Origin: Eledone cirrhosa
Taxonomy: Eukaryota
NCBI GenBank assembly: GCA_964016885.1
Contig: OZ024743.1
Coordinates: 242,792,001 to 242,856,000, forward strand
Length of the DNA stretch: 64,000 nucleotides
Reading direction: 5' to 3'
Under the pieces are notes generated by a model. It saw nothing but the letters and a program-made list of their open reading frames with translations. It did not search any database and was not told where the DNA came from. The stretch's first letter is position 1. Each line of letters opens with the position of its first letter. Below, in pieces: positions 1 through 12,260 of the stretch. Made by a program: the position numbers and the translations under genes.

Positions 1-44
1 TATATATATATATACATATATATATATACATTATATATATATAC

Positions 45-75
<31 letters not shown>

Positions 76-100
76 CATATATATATACATATATATATAC

Positions 101-131
<31 letters not shown>

Positions 132-222
132 CATATATATATACATATATATATACATATATATATACATATATATATACATATATATATACATATATAT
201 ATATATATACATATATATATAC

Positions 223-253
<31 letters not shown>

Positions 254-324
254 CATATATTTATACATAAATATATATACATATATATATATATACATAT
301 ATATATATACATATATATACACAC
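1..324. repeat. (TA)n/(TATACA)n microsatellite
   Basis: Directly visible. Confidence 0.97.
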
Positions 325-1629
325 AGAGAAGAAATTCCAAACATGGAAGCATGGCCTAGAATCAAAAGGGCTTAAAATTAACCTGGCTAAGACTAAAGTT
401 CTAGTTTGTAGGAAAGAAAGTAAGGCGACGGTCCCTTCCGGGAAATGGCCATGCTCAGTGTGTAGGAAAGGCGTAGGTAGAAACTCCATTTTATGTCCCA
501 AATGCAAAGTATGGGTGCATAAAAGATGTAGTGGGATCACAGGTAAGCTAACTAAGAACATAGATTTTACATGTGGCCGGTGCTCTGGTGCAATAAGTAG
601 CAGCAAGTGCCCACAAAATACTAGCTCTTTCAATTGCGCAGAGGGTTCTATAGAAATAGTGGACAGCTTCCGTTCCTGGGTGACAAAATCAGCAGTGGGG
701 GAGAGTGCTCTGAAAGTACAGTAGCTAGAGTCAGAACTGGATGGAAAAAGTTCAGAGAGCTTATACCACTATTAGCCACTAAAGGGTTCTCCCTAAAAAT
801 GAAAGGCAGGTTGTATGATGCCTGCATACGAACAGCAATGTTGCATGGCAGTGAGACCTGGGCATTGTGTGCAGAGGATATACGCAGACTAGAGAGGAAC
901 GAAGCTTGCATGCTCCGCTGGATGTGTAATAGTAACATACGTGAACGGCAAAGCATAAGCAAACTAAGGAAAAAATTAGAAATAAGAGGGATCAGATGTT
1001 GTTTACTCGAGAGAAGGCTACGTTGGTATGGTCACGTGATGCGCATGAAAGACGACAGCTGTATAACAAAGTGCAGGGCAATAAAGATAGACAGTAGCTC
1101 CGGAGTAGGCAGACCCAGAAAAACCTGGGACGAGCTGATAAATTCCGACCTCACACACTTACACCTCTCCAAGACAATGTCACTGGACCGAGACCTTTGG
1201 CGGTACTCAGTAATAGAGAAGACCCGCCTTACCTAAATACAAAGTAAAACCTACTAGTCAGTAGGCATCTCTCACAAAATACACCCCCGTCCCACCACCC
1301 CCACCCCATCCACACCTCCCCTTTCAATGTAAAGTTATGTTGGTGCCACAACATCCAGGCCGAAACAAATGAGATCGTGTAGGTGTCACGATAAAAAAAC
1401 ACACAGTCCACGCTGTAATGTGGCCGTGTAGGCAACACGGTAAAAACCTCCCAGCCCCACACTGTAAATGTGGTTGGTGTTAGGAAGGGCATCCAGCTGT
1501 AGAAAACCCGCCAGACAGTCCTATGCGAGCAAGACAATCACTCTTGCCTCAAGTGGGAAAACCCCAGTCCAAACCCATGCAAGCGTGGAACACGGACGTT
1601 AAACGATGATGATGATGATGATGATGATA
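325..1629 (+). mobile_element. 5'-truncated RTE-clade LINE (RT C-terminus, PHD finger, 3' UTR, (GAT)n tail)
   Basis: RTE C-terminal motifs LHGSETW, RRLRWYGHVMR, GRPRKTW. A 1-nt deletion near 675 shifts the frame. Nearly identical to 34553-35868. Confidence 0.93.
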
Positions 1630-1631
1630 TT

Positions 1632-1915
1632 AACTTCTATAAAATTCAAAGAACACTGGTATAATCACAAACATACATTTAATAGATCCAATTAAAAATC
1701 TTCCACATCACTTTCACATCTAATTTGGTATTTAAAGGACAATAATATAGACTATTTTCGAAAGCACCCGCATACTGAAATATGGCTCTTTCAAGAATCT
1801 GTCATTTGTGTTTCGAGGAAATTTTTTATATACTTAACTGTCAAAATTCTATAAATTTAAAAAATGAATTATTCAGTTCTTGCAGGCATCACCAAAGAAC
1901 GACCTCCCGATAGTT
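1632..1915 (+). mobile_element. Decayed Penelope-like element, C-terminal part of GIY-YIG endonuclease
   Basis: Manual translation gives FKEHWYNHKHTF..*..TSLSHLIWYLKDNNI and RICHLCFEEIFYIL...NLKNELFSSCRH, the CxLC...N...EL...CRH pattern of PLE endonucleases. Contains an internal stop. Confidence 0.7.
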
Positions 1916-2937
1916 TTTCTAAATACACTCTTGACGTATCTAATAATATTTTTTTTCTTCTGTTAATTTTTCTAATTTTTCACACATCTATCAACGTAGA
2001 TAGTATCTAAATACATATATAATTGAAATTCTCATCCTTGAAAACATGTAATATAAAATACCTTATAATCTTACACAAAAAAATATATAATTTTCTCTAT
2101 ATACATTCCGCATTTTCTAAGAAAATTATTCGTCAAATCTAACATTAATAATTTAACAAATAATATTGGAGTTATCTTTATCTTTTATCTTTTCCTTTAT
2201 AATTGAGCAAACATGGGCATAACAACTTATATGTTAAATTCTATTTAATTTTGCTAACTTAATAATTTTCTGTAAATATTTTCAATTTTTTATGAAACTA
2301 TTTGAATGTATAAAATGTTCTTCTCTTATAAAATTTGAACTACGTCTTTTTTCTTAACTATATATTTAAAATGTAAACTCAACATCCTTCGTAATTTATA
2401 TTAGAAATGTAAACAAATTAATATGTGTGTTATATATCTATAAAAAATAACACCAATAATATTTATATTTATATATTTATTAATCTATATAGATATTTAT
2501 ATATTTACAACCTGTTGTAATATAATAAGATAAAATGTACTTACAACCATAATTCTTCATATAATCTAATTATAATGATTATATATATAATATTATAACT
2601 CATGATTTAGTTAAATATTTTTAAAAATTCTGGATTGATATTCCACCACTTCAACAAACTTTTAATTTTTAAATTCACGTACACTGTAATATTAATATAA
2701 GTTTCTCTTTCTTCTTCCCACATATATATATCCTAATAATTATTTAAATCTACCTAGCATCTAAAAATAACGATTTTTTCAGCCCTACGCTTCAACTTCA
2801 TTTGCATATTCATCAAAATAATATGAAATATTTGTTATTTTTTTTCCTTTCTTCCTCTTTCCTCTCACTATCCAAACGGAACTTGAACCGTTAAAGTCTG
2901 ATTCCTGGGTATGTCACTATTTATAAAACAAATTTTG

Positions 2938-2998
2938 TATTTTATCTGATGAGAGCATACCAAAGTTTTGGAACCCTTGAAATATATATAATAGAATA
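2938..2998 (+). ncRNA. Minimal type I hammerhead ribozyme motif (PLE pLTR type)
   Basis: TATTTTAT-CTGATGA-[stem II region]-GAAA-TATATATA-ATAGAATA. Stem I pairs with one G:U, and the stem III/loop is palindromic. Lies downstream of the PLE remnant. Confidence 0.6.
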
Positions 2999-3174
2999 AA
3001 TATGGTTTTATAAATATAGTTTCCATTTATCATTGATATATATATATATATATATATTAATAAGAGGAATTCCAACTTTGTCTGATTTACTCGTTTTATT
3101 TACAATCCTTTAAAATATATATAATGGTATTATAATGAAATAGTATGATAGAATATTAAATTCTAAGTGTTAAT

Positions 3175-3213
3175 TGAACAAGTACTTTCATGCTTTCGCA
3201 ATCTTCAGGTTCA
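3175..3213 (-). ncRNA. Mirror copy of the hammerhead motif, sense to the host gene
   Basis: Exact reverse complement of 3293-3331 within the palindrome. Confidence 0.72.
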
Positions 3214-3292
3214 TGATATGTGGTGACAGTCGAGTTTGCAATTTTCAACTGTCACAGTTGAAAATTGCAAACTCGACTGTCACCACATATCA

Positions 3293-3331
3293 TGAACCTG
3301 AAGATTGCGAAAGCATGAAAGTACTTGTTCA
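3293..3331 (+). ncRNA. Minimal hammerhead ribozyme motif
   Basis: TGAAC-CTGAAGA-TTGC GAAA GCAT-GAAA-GTAC-TT-GTTCA: perfect stem I, CUGANGA and GAAA cores, GAAA-capped stem II, palindromic AGTACT stem III. Confidence 0.72.
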
Positions 3332-3501
3332 ATTAACACTTAGAATTTAATATTCTATCATACTATTTCATTATAATACCATTATATATATTTTAAAGGA
3401 TTGTAAATAAAACGAGTAAATCAGACAAAGTTGGAATTCCTCTTATTAATATAATCTTCTATACACAATCATACACACCCGTGTATATTTACCTATCTAT
3501 A

Positions 3502-3550
<49 letters not shown>

Positions 3551-3600
3551 CAATGACTATTAACAATTAAGAAAGCAAAGGTTAAATGTTTATTTCTTAC

Positions 3601-3686
3601 CTGTCATGGCAGCTATCTGTGACTGTTTAAGACCTACTCGATTCACAAAAGCTTTGATTTCTTCATACATTTTGGTCATTCCTTGC
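3601..3686 (-). CDS. HMBOX1: Next coding exon of the HMBOX1-like gene (start of POU-like domain); not in the ORF track
   Basis: AG acceptor at 3688-3687 and GTAAG donor at 3600. Joined to the phase-2 upstream exon it reads ...EELQEFMKQGMTKMYEEIKAFVNRVGLKQSQIAAMTG, similar to HMBOX1 EELMRRDSSVIKEEIKAFLANRRISQAVVAQVTG (recalled). Confidence 0.82.
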
Positions 3687-3764
3687 CTAGAATCAAGACT
3701 GTATATTATTTAAAATCAATATACAAAGCATGAACATATTCAAAGTGAAAAAATAACAAATTAT

Positions 3765-5060
3765 ATGTCTACATGTTAACACAGTGACATGTGGTGACAG
3801 TAATGTCTGCATGTAAACACAGTGACATGTGGTGACAGTAATGTCTGCATGTAAACACAGTGACATGTGGTGACAGTAATGTCTGCATGTAAACACAGTG
3901 ACATGTGGTGACAGTAATGTCTGCATGTAAACACAGTGACATGTGGTGACAGTAATGTCTACATGTTAACACAGTGACATGTGGTGACAGTAATGTCTGC
4001 ATGTAAACAGTGACATGTGGTGACAGTAATGTCTGCATGTAAACACAGTGACATGTGGTGACAATAATGTCTGCATGTAAACACAGTGACATGTGGTGAC
4101 AGTAATGTCTACATGTTAACACAGTGACATGTGGTGACAGTAATGTCTGCATGTAAACAGTGACATGTAGTAACAGTAATGTCTACATGTTAACACAGTG
4201 ACATGTGGTGACAGTAATATCTGCATGTAAACACAGTGACATGTGGTGACAGTAATGTCTGCATGTAAACACAGTGACATGTGGTGACAGTAATGTCTAC
4301 ATGTAAACACAGTGACATGTGGTGACAGTAATGTCTACATGTTAACACAGTGACATGTGGTGACAGTAATGTCTGCATGTAAACACAGTGACATGTGGTG
4401 ACAGTAATGTCTGCATGTAAACAGTGACATGTAGTGACAGTAATGTCTACATGTTAACACAGTGACATGTGGTGACAGTAATGTCTACATGTTAACACAG
4501 TGATATGTGGTGACAGTAATGTCTGCATGTAAACACAGTGACATGTGGTGACAGTAATGTCTGCATGTAAACACAGTGACATGTGGTGACAGTAATGTCT
4601 GCATGTTAACACAGTGACATGTGGTGACAGTAATGTCTGCATGTAAACAGTGACATGTGGTGACAGTAATGTCTACATGTTAACACAGTGACATGTGGTG
4701 ACAGTAATGTCTGCATGTTAACACAGTGACATGTGGTGACAGTAATGTCTGCATATAAACAGTGACATGTAGTGACAGTAATGTCTGCATGTAAACACAG
4801 TGACATGTGGTGACAGTAATGTCTACATGTTAACACAGTGACATGTGGTGACAGTAATGTCTGCATGTAAACAGTGACATGTAGTGACAGTAATGTCTAC
4901 ATGTTAACACAGTGATATGTGGTGACAGTAATGTCTGCATGTAAACAGTGACATGTAGTGACAGTAATGTCTACATGTTAACACAGTGATGTGTGGTGAT
5001 AGTAATGCCCACATTACACAGTGATGTGTGGTGATAGTAATGCCCACATTACACAGTGAT
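3765..5060. repeat. 38-bp minisatellite (ACACAGTGACATGTGGTGACAGTAATGTCTGCATGTAA), with 36-bp variants
   Basis: Roughly 34 tandem units visible. Confidence 0.96.
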
Positions 5061-5836
5061 GATGTAGACACATATATACATATATACAAATAGTTAAATA
5101 TTTCTGTAATGCTTCAAAAACGAACCAAAGTTTACATTTCTAATTTGAACAGTTAAAGTTAACATTTGAACAGTTAAAGCCTCTAAAATGAATGGGAAGA
5201 AGCAATCAGATGCTTTGGCGTAATGGTTAAAATACATACGACACATATCCAGTGTATGACAGATGTCCAGTATACAACAGATGAATGGTTCAATCCCCAC
5301 AGCCCATACTATGCATTATATTCCCCCTTTCCAGGGCTATTGTACCCCATTTACTCCGCTATAAAACGTTTTATTAATATAAAATCAAAACATCATAAAC
5401 AAATCTATTTCAAATAACAACAACACTACAGATATTTCTCTATAACAGGGTCATAGAGAATGGGAGGAGGAAGGGGAGGGTGATAGCCTCTAGGATTAGG
5501 GCGTAGTGGTGTTGGGGCTGTGCCCTGCAGACAAGACTGCAAATGCACTATTATTTGTAGTTTATCTGATGTGTGTTAACTTTAAAAAAAAATGTTTAAA
5601 CAGACATATTTTAAATTTCCTCAATGCTTCAGAAAGAAATGTAATGTCTATATTTAAATTAGAGTTAGCATGTTTAATGTAGTTAGTATTAAAATAAGCT
5701 AATTAGAATGTAAACAACCTATTTTAGAACTTCTGAGGAGGTAGGAAGTTTCAAATTTTTCATAGTCAAAAACACTGAACCTTCTAACATTAAATTCAAA
5801 ATTCCCTACATGCTGAATGATAAGGCTTGAAATTAA

Positions 5837-5997
5837 CAGGGCCTCCAAGAGAAATTTTGCAAGGTGGTACAAGACCCCTTTGGGGCCCAAAGTAGGCTAA
5901 GATTTTTCACAAAATAGATGCTGCATGGTTGCTGTGGGGCCTTCTTAGCTCTTGGGCGCCAGAACAAAGTACCAGCTGGACCCCTCTCATAGGCCCT
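5837..5997. mobile_element. Possible short hAT-like MITE
   Basis: Imperfect terminal inverted repeats CAGGGCCTCCAAGAG / CTCTCATAGGCCCT; no clean TSD. Confidence 0.35.
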
Positions 5998-6399
5998 TAA
6001 AATAATAGAAAATAGAAAAATGTGTCTGTTCCACTCTAGTGTAATGGTGTATTGCAAGTGTGGGTTCGAGTCTCATAGGTGGCACAGTACAAATTTTTCC
6101 GTCTCCAGGGGCTTATATACCCAACTTATTAGACTATTTTTCATAGTAAAAACACTGAAGCTACTAACTTTAAATTCAAAAGCTAATTACAAATAATTGT
6201 GTGTTGAGGAGAAAAATCAATATTAGTTAATTAATAATATTATTTTAATTAGTTCAGCAACTAAAGGGGAGAGTAAACAATTCTAAATGACTACATGTAT
6301 GTCTTTATGAGCTCCAAACAATTCTATATTATTATGTGTGACTTTATGAGCTATATAAAAAAAACATCGAAACTTTTAAATAGTTAAAACCACACGAAT

Positions 6400-6500
<101 letters not shown>

Positions 6501-6983
6501 GAAAACGAAAAATCAGTGATGCAGCAGAACTCAATTTATTGCGTGTTACAATTGTTTCCCCGGCGAACAGCTCGAGGTGCGATCTGTGTGTGGATCGACC
6601 TGACTCTGGATTCACAGGTTCCTCGGACATGTCTATTGATTTTGGAGCATATCCTCTTTCTGGGGTTATATATATACATATATATATATATAAACAGAGA
6701 GAGAGAGAGAGAGGGAGAGACAGACAATGGGTTTCCACATAGTATTCATCTGTCAATTTCATTCACAAGGCAATGATCAATCTGAAGCTATAGTAGAAGA
6801 TGCCCAAAGTTCCACTCAGTGGGACTGAACCTGGCATCATGTGGTTGCAGAGCAAACTCCTTAACCACACAGCAGGAATATAAAATGTTTCAAAACTTCT
6901 GAGGGACACAAGGCGTAATTGGAAACGGACAATAATAATTTGTTTTATTTCAGCAACACACACCGAGGAGAACAGGGAGAATG

Positions 6984-7147
6984 AGGGGGGGGGGGGGTGA
7001 TTGGGAGGGGGGGGTATGGAGAGGAGGGAGGGGAGGAAGGGATGATGATGATGAGGAGGAGGAGGAGGAGGAGGAGGAGGAGAGGGGGGATGATGATGGT
7101 GGTGGTGGCGGCAGTGGTAGTGGTGGCAGTGGTGGTGGTGGTAGTGG

Positions 7148-7195
<48 letters not shown>

Positions 7196-7230
7196 GGAGG
7201 AGGAGGAGGGGGGGGGGGGGGGGGGGGGGA
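6984..7230. repeat. Compound poly-G/(GAG)n/(GGT)n/(GAT)n tract
   Basis: Directly visible. Confidence 0.95.
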
Positions 7231-8014
7231 GTAGTGCACCCAGTATTAGTTGCCAAACTGGCTAGTCAAAACAGGGCCGATATATACATAAATCAAATTT
7301 CTCAGATTAAGCAGCATAGCCAAAATAAAGACTGCAAAATTAAGAAAAAGAAAAAAAGTAAATTTGTTGCTGTTGTTGTTATTATTGTTACTTGGAAGCT
7401 GAAGACATTGATGTCAAAACAACAATTAATTATTCACTAGAAGGAAATTATTTCAATCAATCTACTGTACTAATTGAATTGATCAAAGAAAATTAATTAG
7501 AATTAAAACTAGTTTATTTTCTGCTGAAAACAACTCCGCATAATAGAATAATTAACCTTGTCTATTCTCAAAAATACTCTTTGTTGTGTCAGGATTCACT
7601 GGCTAAAAAAATAAATGACAGTTTGGGGGTAATTTCATTTATTTCTACAATAATTATTATTTAAGGTTTTACATAATTTTTCACTTTTTCTTTTTTATTT
7701 CCATGTTTAATACTAACAAGATGATTAGATCATCAAAAACAGATACTTTGTAAACAGTAAATTATTTGAAGATATAGTTGCCACAATGCAGGTAACTATA
7801 AACGATAGTTAAATAAGTCATCTAAAATACCACTTGTGACAGAGAAATTGAACCATATATCTTTTATATACCATGCAAGTGTGTTTAACCATTACACCAA
7901 AAAGCCCTTAGCTGCTAATTATCATTATCAACTATTATTATAGTCAGTAATACACTGAGTAATTTGCTGGCCTTGTGCCAAAAGTAGAAACAATTATTAT
8001 AGTTATTTGCAATA

Positions 8015-8202
8015 AGGGTGGTGGATTGGCAGTATTGGTAGAGGGTCAAACGCCATGCTTTGCAGCATAGTTACGCCCCTTTACAGTCTGAGTTCAAATC
8101 CCACCGAGGTTAACTTTGCCATTCATCCTTACGGGGTCAATAAAATAAAGTACCAGTAATGTACTGGGATAATTGCTGGCCTCGTGTCAAAAAATAGAAA
8201 CA
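8015..8202 (+). mobile_element. tRNA-derived SINE with Meta-like central domain
   Basis: A-box-like TGGCAGTATTGG, B-box GAGTTCAAATCC, body GAGGTTAACTTTGCC..TCATCCTTACGGGGTC.ATAAAATAAAGTACCAG. More than 10 copies in the window. Confidence 0.8.
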
Positions 8203-8464
8203 ATTATAGTTATTTGCAATGTTGCAACTATATTTTCAAATTTCCCAATGCTTCCTAAGTTCAACAAATCATCACACTTCCAGTTTCATCCTTAAATCTT
8301 CTAAACAGATGATAATTACTAGCAGCAGGTGGTTATGTGAGATGAGATACAATATGTAGACATACTGTTTTCAAATGTTATTAAAGTTGTTTCCATCAGG
8401 AAATGTAAACTGAAGCAGACAAAGCTTATTTCTCTACATACACATGCCACAAGCCACCACAATC

Positions 8465-8650
8465 ATCACCATTATCATCATCATCATTGTTTTTATGTAG
8501 ACTTTCCATACTGGCATAGGTTGGATGGGTTACCACATGCAGAGACTACTATTGTCAGGTGGCCACATTTTCCTCTCAAACGTTCAATATTTGTCATGAT
8601 TTCTACAGCTGGATGCTCTTCCTAACATCTACCAGAGTGGACTGGGTGTG
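8465..8650 (-). mobile_element. Decayed RTE-tailed SINE/3' UTR copy that runs into the 48-bp array
   Basis: (CAT)n tail and CTACAGCTGGATGCTCTTCCTAAC motif shared with the RTE 3' UTR. Confidence 0.65.
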
Positions 8651-11600
8651 TTTTATCATGACACCAGCACTACCACATTATAGAATGTACTGTGTGCATT
8701 TTATCGTGACACCAGCACTACCACATTATAGAATGTACTGTGAGCATTTTATCATGGCACCAGCACTACCACTTTACAGAGTGTAATTGGTACATTTTAT
8801 CATGGCACCAGCACTACCACTTTACAAAATGTACTGTCGGCATTTTATCATGGCACCAGCACTACCGCTTTATAGAATTTACTGTGAGCATTTTATCATG
8901 GCACCAGCACTACCACTTTATAGAATGTACTGTGAGCATTTTATCGTGGCACCAGCACTACCACTTTATAGAATGTACTGTGTGCATTTTATCGTGGCAC
9001 CAGCACTACCACTTTACAGAATGTACTGTGAGCATTTTATCGTGGCACCAGCACTACCACTTTATAGAATGTACTGTGTTCATTTTATCATGGCACCAGC
9101 ACTACCACTTTACAAAATGTACTGTGTGCATTTTATCATGGCACCAGCACTACCACTTTACAGAGTGTAATTAGTGCATTTTATCATGGCACCAGCACTA
9201 CCACTTTACAAAATGTAATTGGTACATTTTATCGTGGCACCAGCACTACCACTTTACAAAATGTACTGTGTGCATTTTATCATGGCACCAGAACTACCAT
9301 TTTACAGAGTGTAATTGGTGCATTTTATCATGGCACCAGCACTACCACTTTACAGAGTGTAATTGGTACATTTTATCGTGGCACCAGCACTACCACTTTA
9401 CAAAATGTACTGTGAGCATTTTATCATGGCACCAGCACTACCACTTTATAGAATGTAGTGTGCATTTTATCATGGCACCAGCACTACCACTTTATAGAAT
9501 GTACTGTGTGCATTTTATCATGGCACCAGCACTACCACTTTACAGAGTGTAATTGGTGCATTTTATCATGGCACCAGCACTACCACTTTATAGAATGTAC
9601 TGTGTGCATTTTATCATGGCACCAGCACTACCACTTTACAGAGTGTAATTGGTGCATTTTATCATGGCACCAGCACTACCATTTTACAGAGTGTAATTGG
9701 TGCATTTTATCATGGCACCAGCACTACCACTGTACAGAGTGTAATTGGTGCCTTTTATCATGGCACCAGCACTACCACTTTACAGAGTGTAATTGGTGCA
9801 TTTTATCATGGCACCAGCACTACCACTTTACAGAGTGTAATTGGTGCATTTTATCGTGGCACCAGCACTACCACTTTACAGAGTGTAAATGGTACATTTT
9901 ATCATGGCACCAGCACTACCACTTTATAGAATGTACTGTGAGCATTTTATCATGGCACCAGCACTACTACTTTATAGAATGTACTGTGTGCATTTTATAA
10001 TGGCACCAGCACTACCACTTTATAGAATGTACTGTGTGCATTTTATCGTAGCACCAGCACTACCACTTTATAGAATGTACTGTGTGCATTTTATCATGGC
10101 ACCAGCACTACCACTTTATAGAATGTACTGTGTGCATTTTATCATGGCAGCAGCACTACCACTTTACAGAGTGTAATTGGTGCATTTTATCGTGGCACCA
10201 GAACTACCACTTTACAAAATGTACTTGGTACATTTTATCGTGGCACCAGCACTACCACTTTACCAAATGTACTGTGTGCATTTTATCATGGCACCAGCAC
10301 TACCACTTTACAGAGTGGAATTGGTGCATTTTATCATGGCACCAGCACTGCCACTTTACAGAGTGTAATTGGTACATTTTATCATGGCAGCAGCACTACC
10401 AATTTACAGAGTGTAATTGGTACATTTTATCATGGCACCAGCACTACCACTTTACAAAATGTACTGTCGGCATTTTATCATGGCACCAGCACTACCGCTT
10501 TATAGAATTTACTGTGAGCATTTTATCATGGCACCAGCACTACCACTTTATAGAATGTACTGTGAGCATTTTATCGTGGCACCAGCACTACCACTTTATA
10601 GAATGTACTGTGTGCATTTTATCGTGGCACCAGCACTACCACTTTACAGAATGTACTGTGAGCATTTTATCGTGGCACCAGCACTACCACTTTATAGAAT
10701 GTACTGTGTTCATTTTATCATGGCACCAGCACTACCACTTTACAAAATGTACTGTGTGCATTTTATCATGGCACCAGCACTACCACTTTACAGAGTGTAA
10801 TTAGTGCATTTTATCATGGCACCAGCACTACCACTTTACAAAATGTAATTGGTACATTTTATCGTGGCACCAGCACTACCACTTTACAAAATGTACTGTG
10901 TGCATTTTATCATGGCACCAGAACTACCATTTTACAGAGTGTAATTGGTGCATTTTTTCATGGCACCAGCACTACCACTTTACAGAGTGTAATTGGTACA
11001 TTTTATCGTGGCACCAGCACTACCACTTTACAAAATGTACTGTGAGCATTTTATCATGGCACCAGCACTACCACTTTATAGAATGTAGTGTGCATTTTAT
11101 CATGGCACCAGCACTACCACTTTATAGAATGTACTGTGTGCATTTTATCATGGCACCAGCACTACCACTTTACAGAGTGTAATTGGTGCATTTTATCATG
11201 GCACCAGCACTACCACTTTATAGAATGTACTGTGTGCATTTTATCATGGCACCAGCACTACCACTTTACAGAGTGTAATTGGTGCATTTTATCATGGCAC
11301 CAGCACTACCATTTTACAGAGTGTAATTGGTGCATTTTATCATGGCACCAGCACTACCACTGTACAGAGTGTAATTGGTGCCTTTTATCATGGCACCAGC
11401 ACTACCACTTTACAGAGTGTAATTGGTGCATTTTATCATGGCACCAGCACTACCACTTTACAGAGTGTAATTGGTGCATTTTATCGTGGCACCAGCACTA
11501 CCACTTTACAGAGTGTAAATGGTACATTTTATCATGGCACCAGCACTACCACTTTATAGAATGTACTGTGAGCATTTTATCATGGCACCAGCACTACTAC

Positions 11601-12260
11601 TTTATAGAATGTACTGTGTGCATTTTATAATGGCACCAGCACTACCACTTTATAGAATGTACTGTGTGCATTTTATCGTAGCACCAGCACTACCACTTTA
11701 TAGAATGTACTGTGTGCATTTTATCATGGCACCAGCACTACCACTTTATAGAATGTACTGTGTGCATTTTATCATGGCAGCAGCACTACCACTTTACAGA
11801 GTGTAATTGGTGCATTTTATCGTGGCACCAGAACTACCACTTTACAAAATGTACTTGGTACATTTTATCGTGGCACCAGCACTACCACTTTACCAAATGT
11901 ACTGTGTGCATTTTATCATGGCACCAGCACTACCACTTTACAGAGTGGAATTGGTGCATTTTATCATGGCACCAGCACTGCCACTTTACAGAGTGTAATT
12001 GGTACATTTTATCATGGCAGCAGCACTACCAATTTACAGAGTGTAATTGGTGCATTTTATCGTGGCACCAGCATTACCACTGTACAGAGTGTAATTGGTA
12101 CATTTTATCGTGGCACCAGCACTACCACTTTACAGAGTGTAATTGGTGCATTTTATCATGGCACCAGCACTACCACTTTACAGAGTGTAATTGGTGCATT
12201 TTATCATGGCACCAGCACTACCACTTTACAGAGTGTAATTGCTACATTTTATCGTGCCAC
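8640..12260. repeat. 48-bp minisatellite (CATTTTATCATGGCACCAGCACTACCACTTTATAGAATGTACTGTGTG), about 75 units, with a 1630-bp higher-order duplication
   Basis: Unit period 48. ORFs 8787/10417, 9458/11088 and 9889/11519 are identical at an offset of 1630. Confidence 0.96.

Larger units (their letters stand above)
3053..3453. repeat. Perfect palindrome, 200-bp arms, 1-nt spacer at 3253 (probable inverted PLE pLTR pair)
   Basis: Centre CAACTGT-C-ACAGTTG. Arms remain complementary out to TATATTAATAAGAGGAATTCC / GGAATTCCTCTTATTAATATA. Confidence 0.95.

Noticed and set aside
3693-5089. Cys/His-rich ORFs resembling zinc fingers
   Set aside because: Translations of the 38-bp minisatellite in rotating frames.
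6035-6085. tRNA genes (also 14361 and the SINE heads)
   Set aside because: A/B boxes are present but no complete cloverleaf is evident; most continue into SINE bodies.
6763-7440. Poly-Pro/His and Asp/Glu/Gly ORFs
   Set aside because: Compound microsatellite.
8640-12260. CRISPR-like array or repeat protein (CILSWHQHYHFTECNW)n
   Set aside because: Variable parts are point variants of one unit, not unique spacers. No cas genes, eukaryotic context. The ORFs arise because 48 is divisible by 3.
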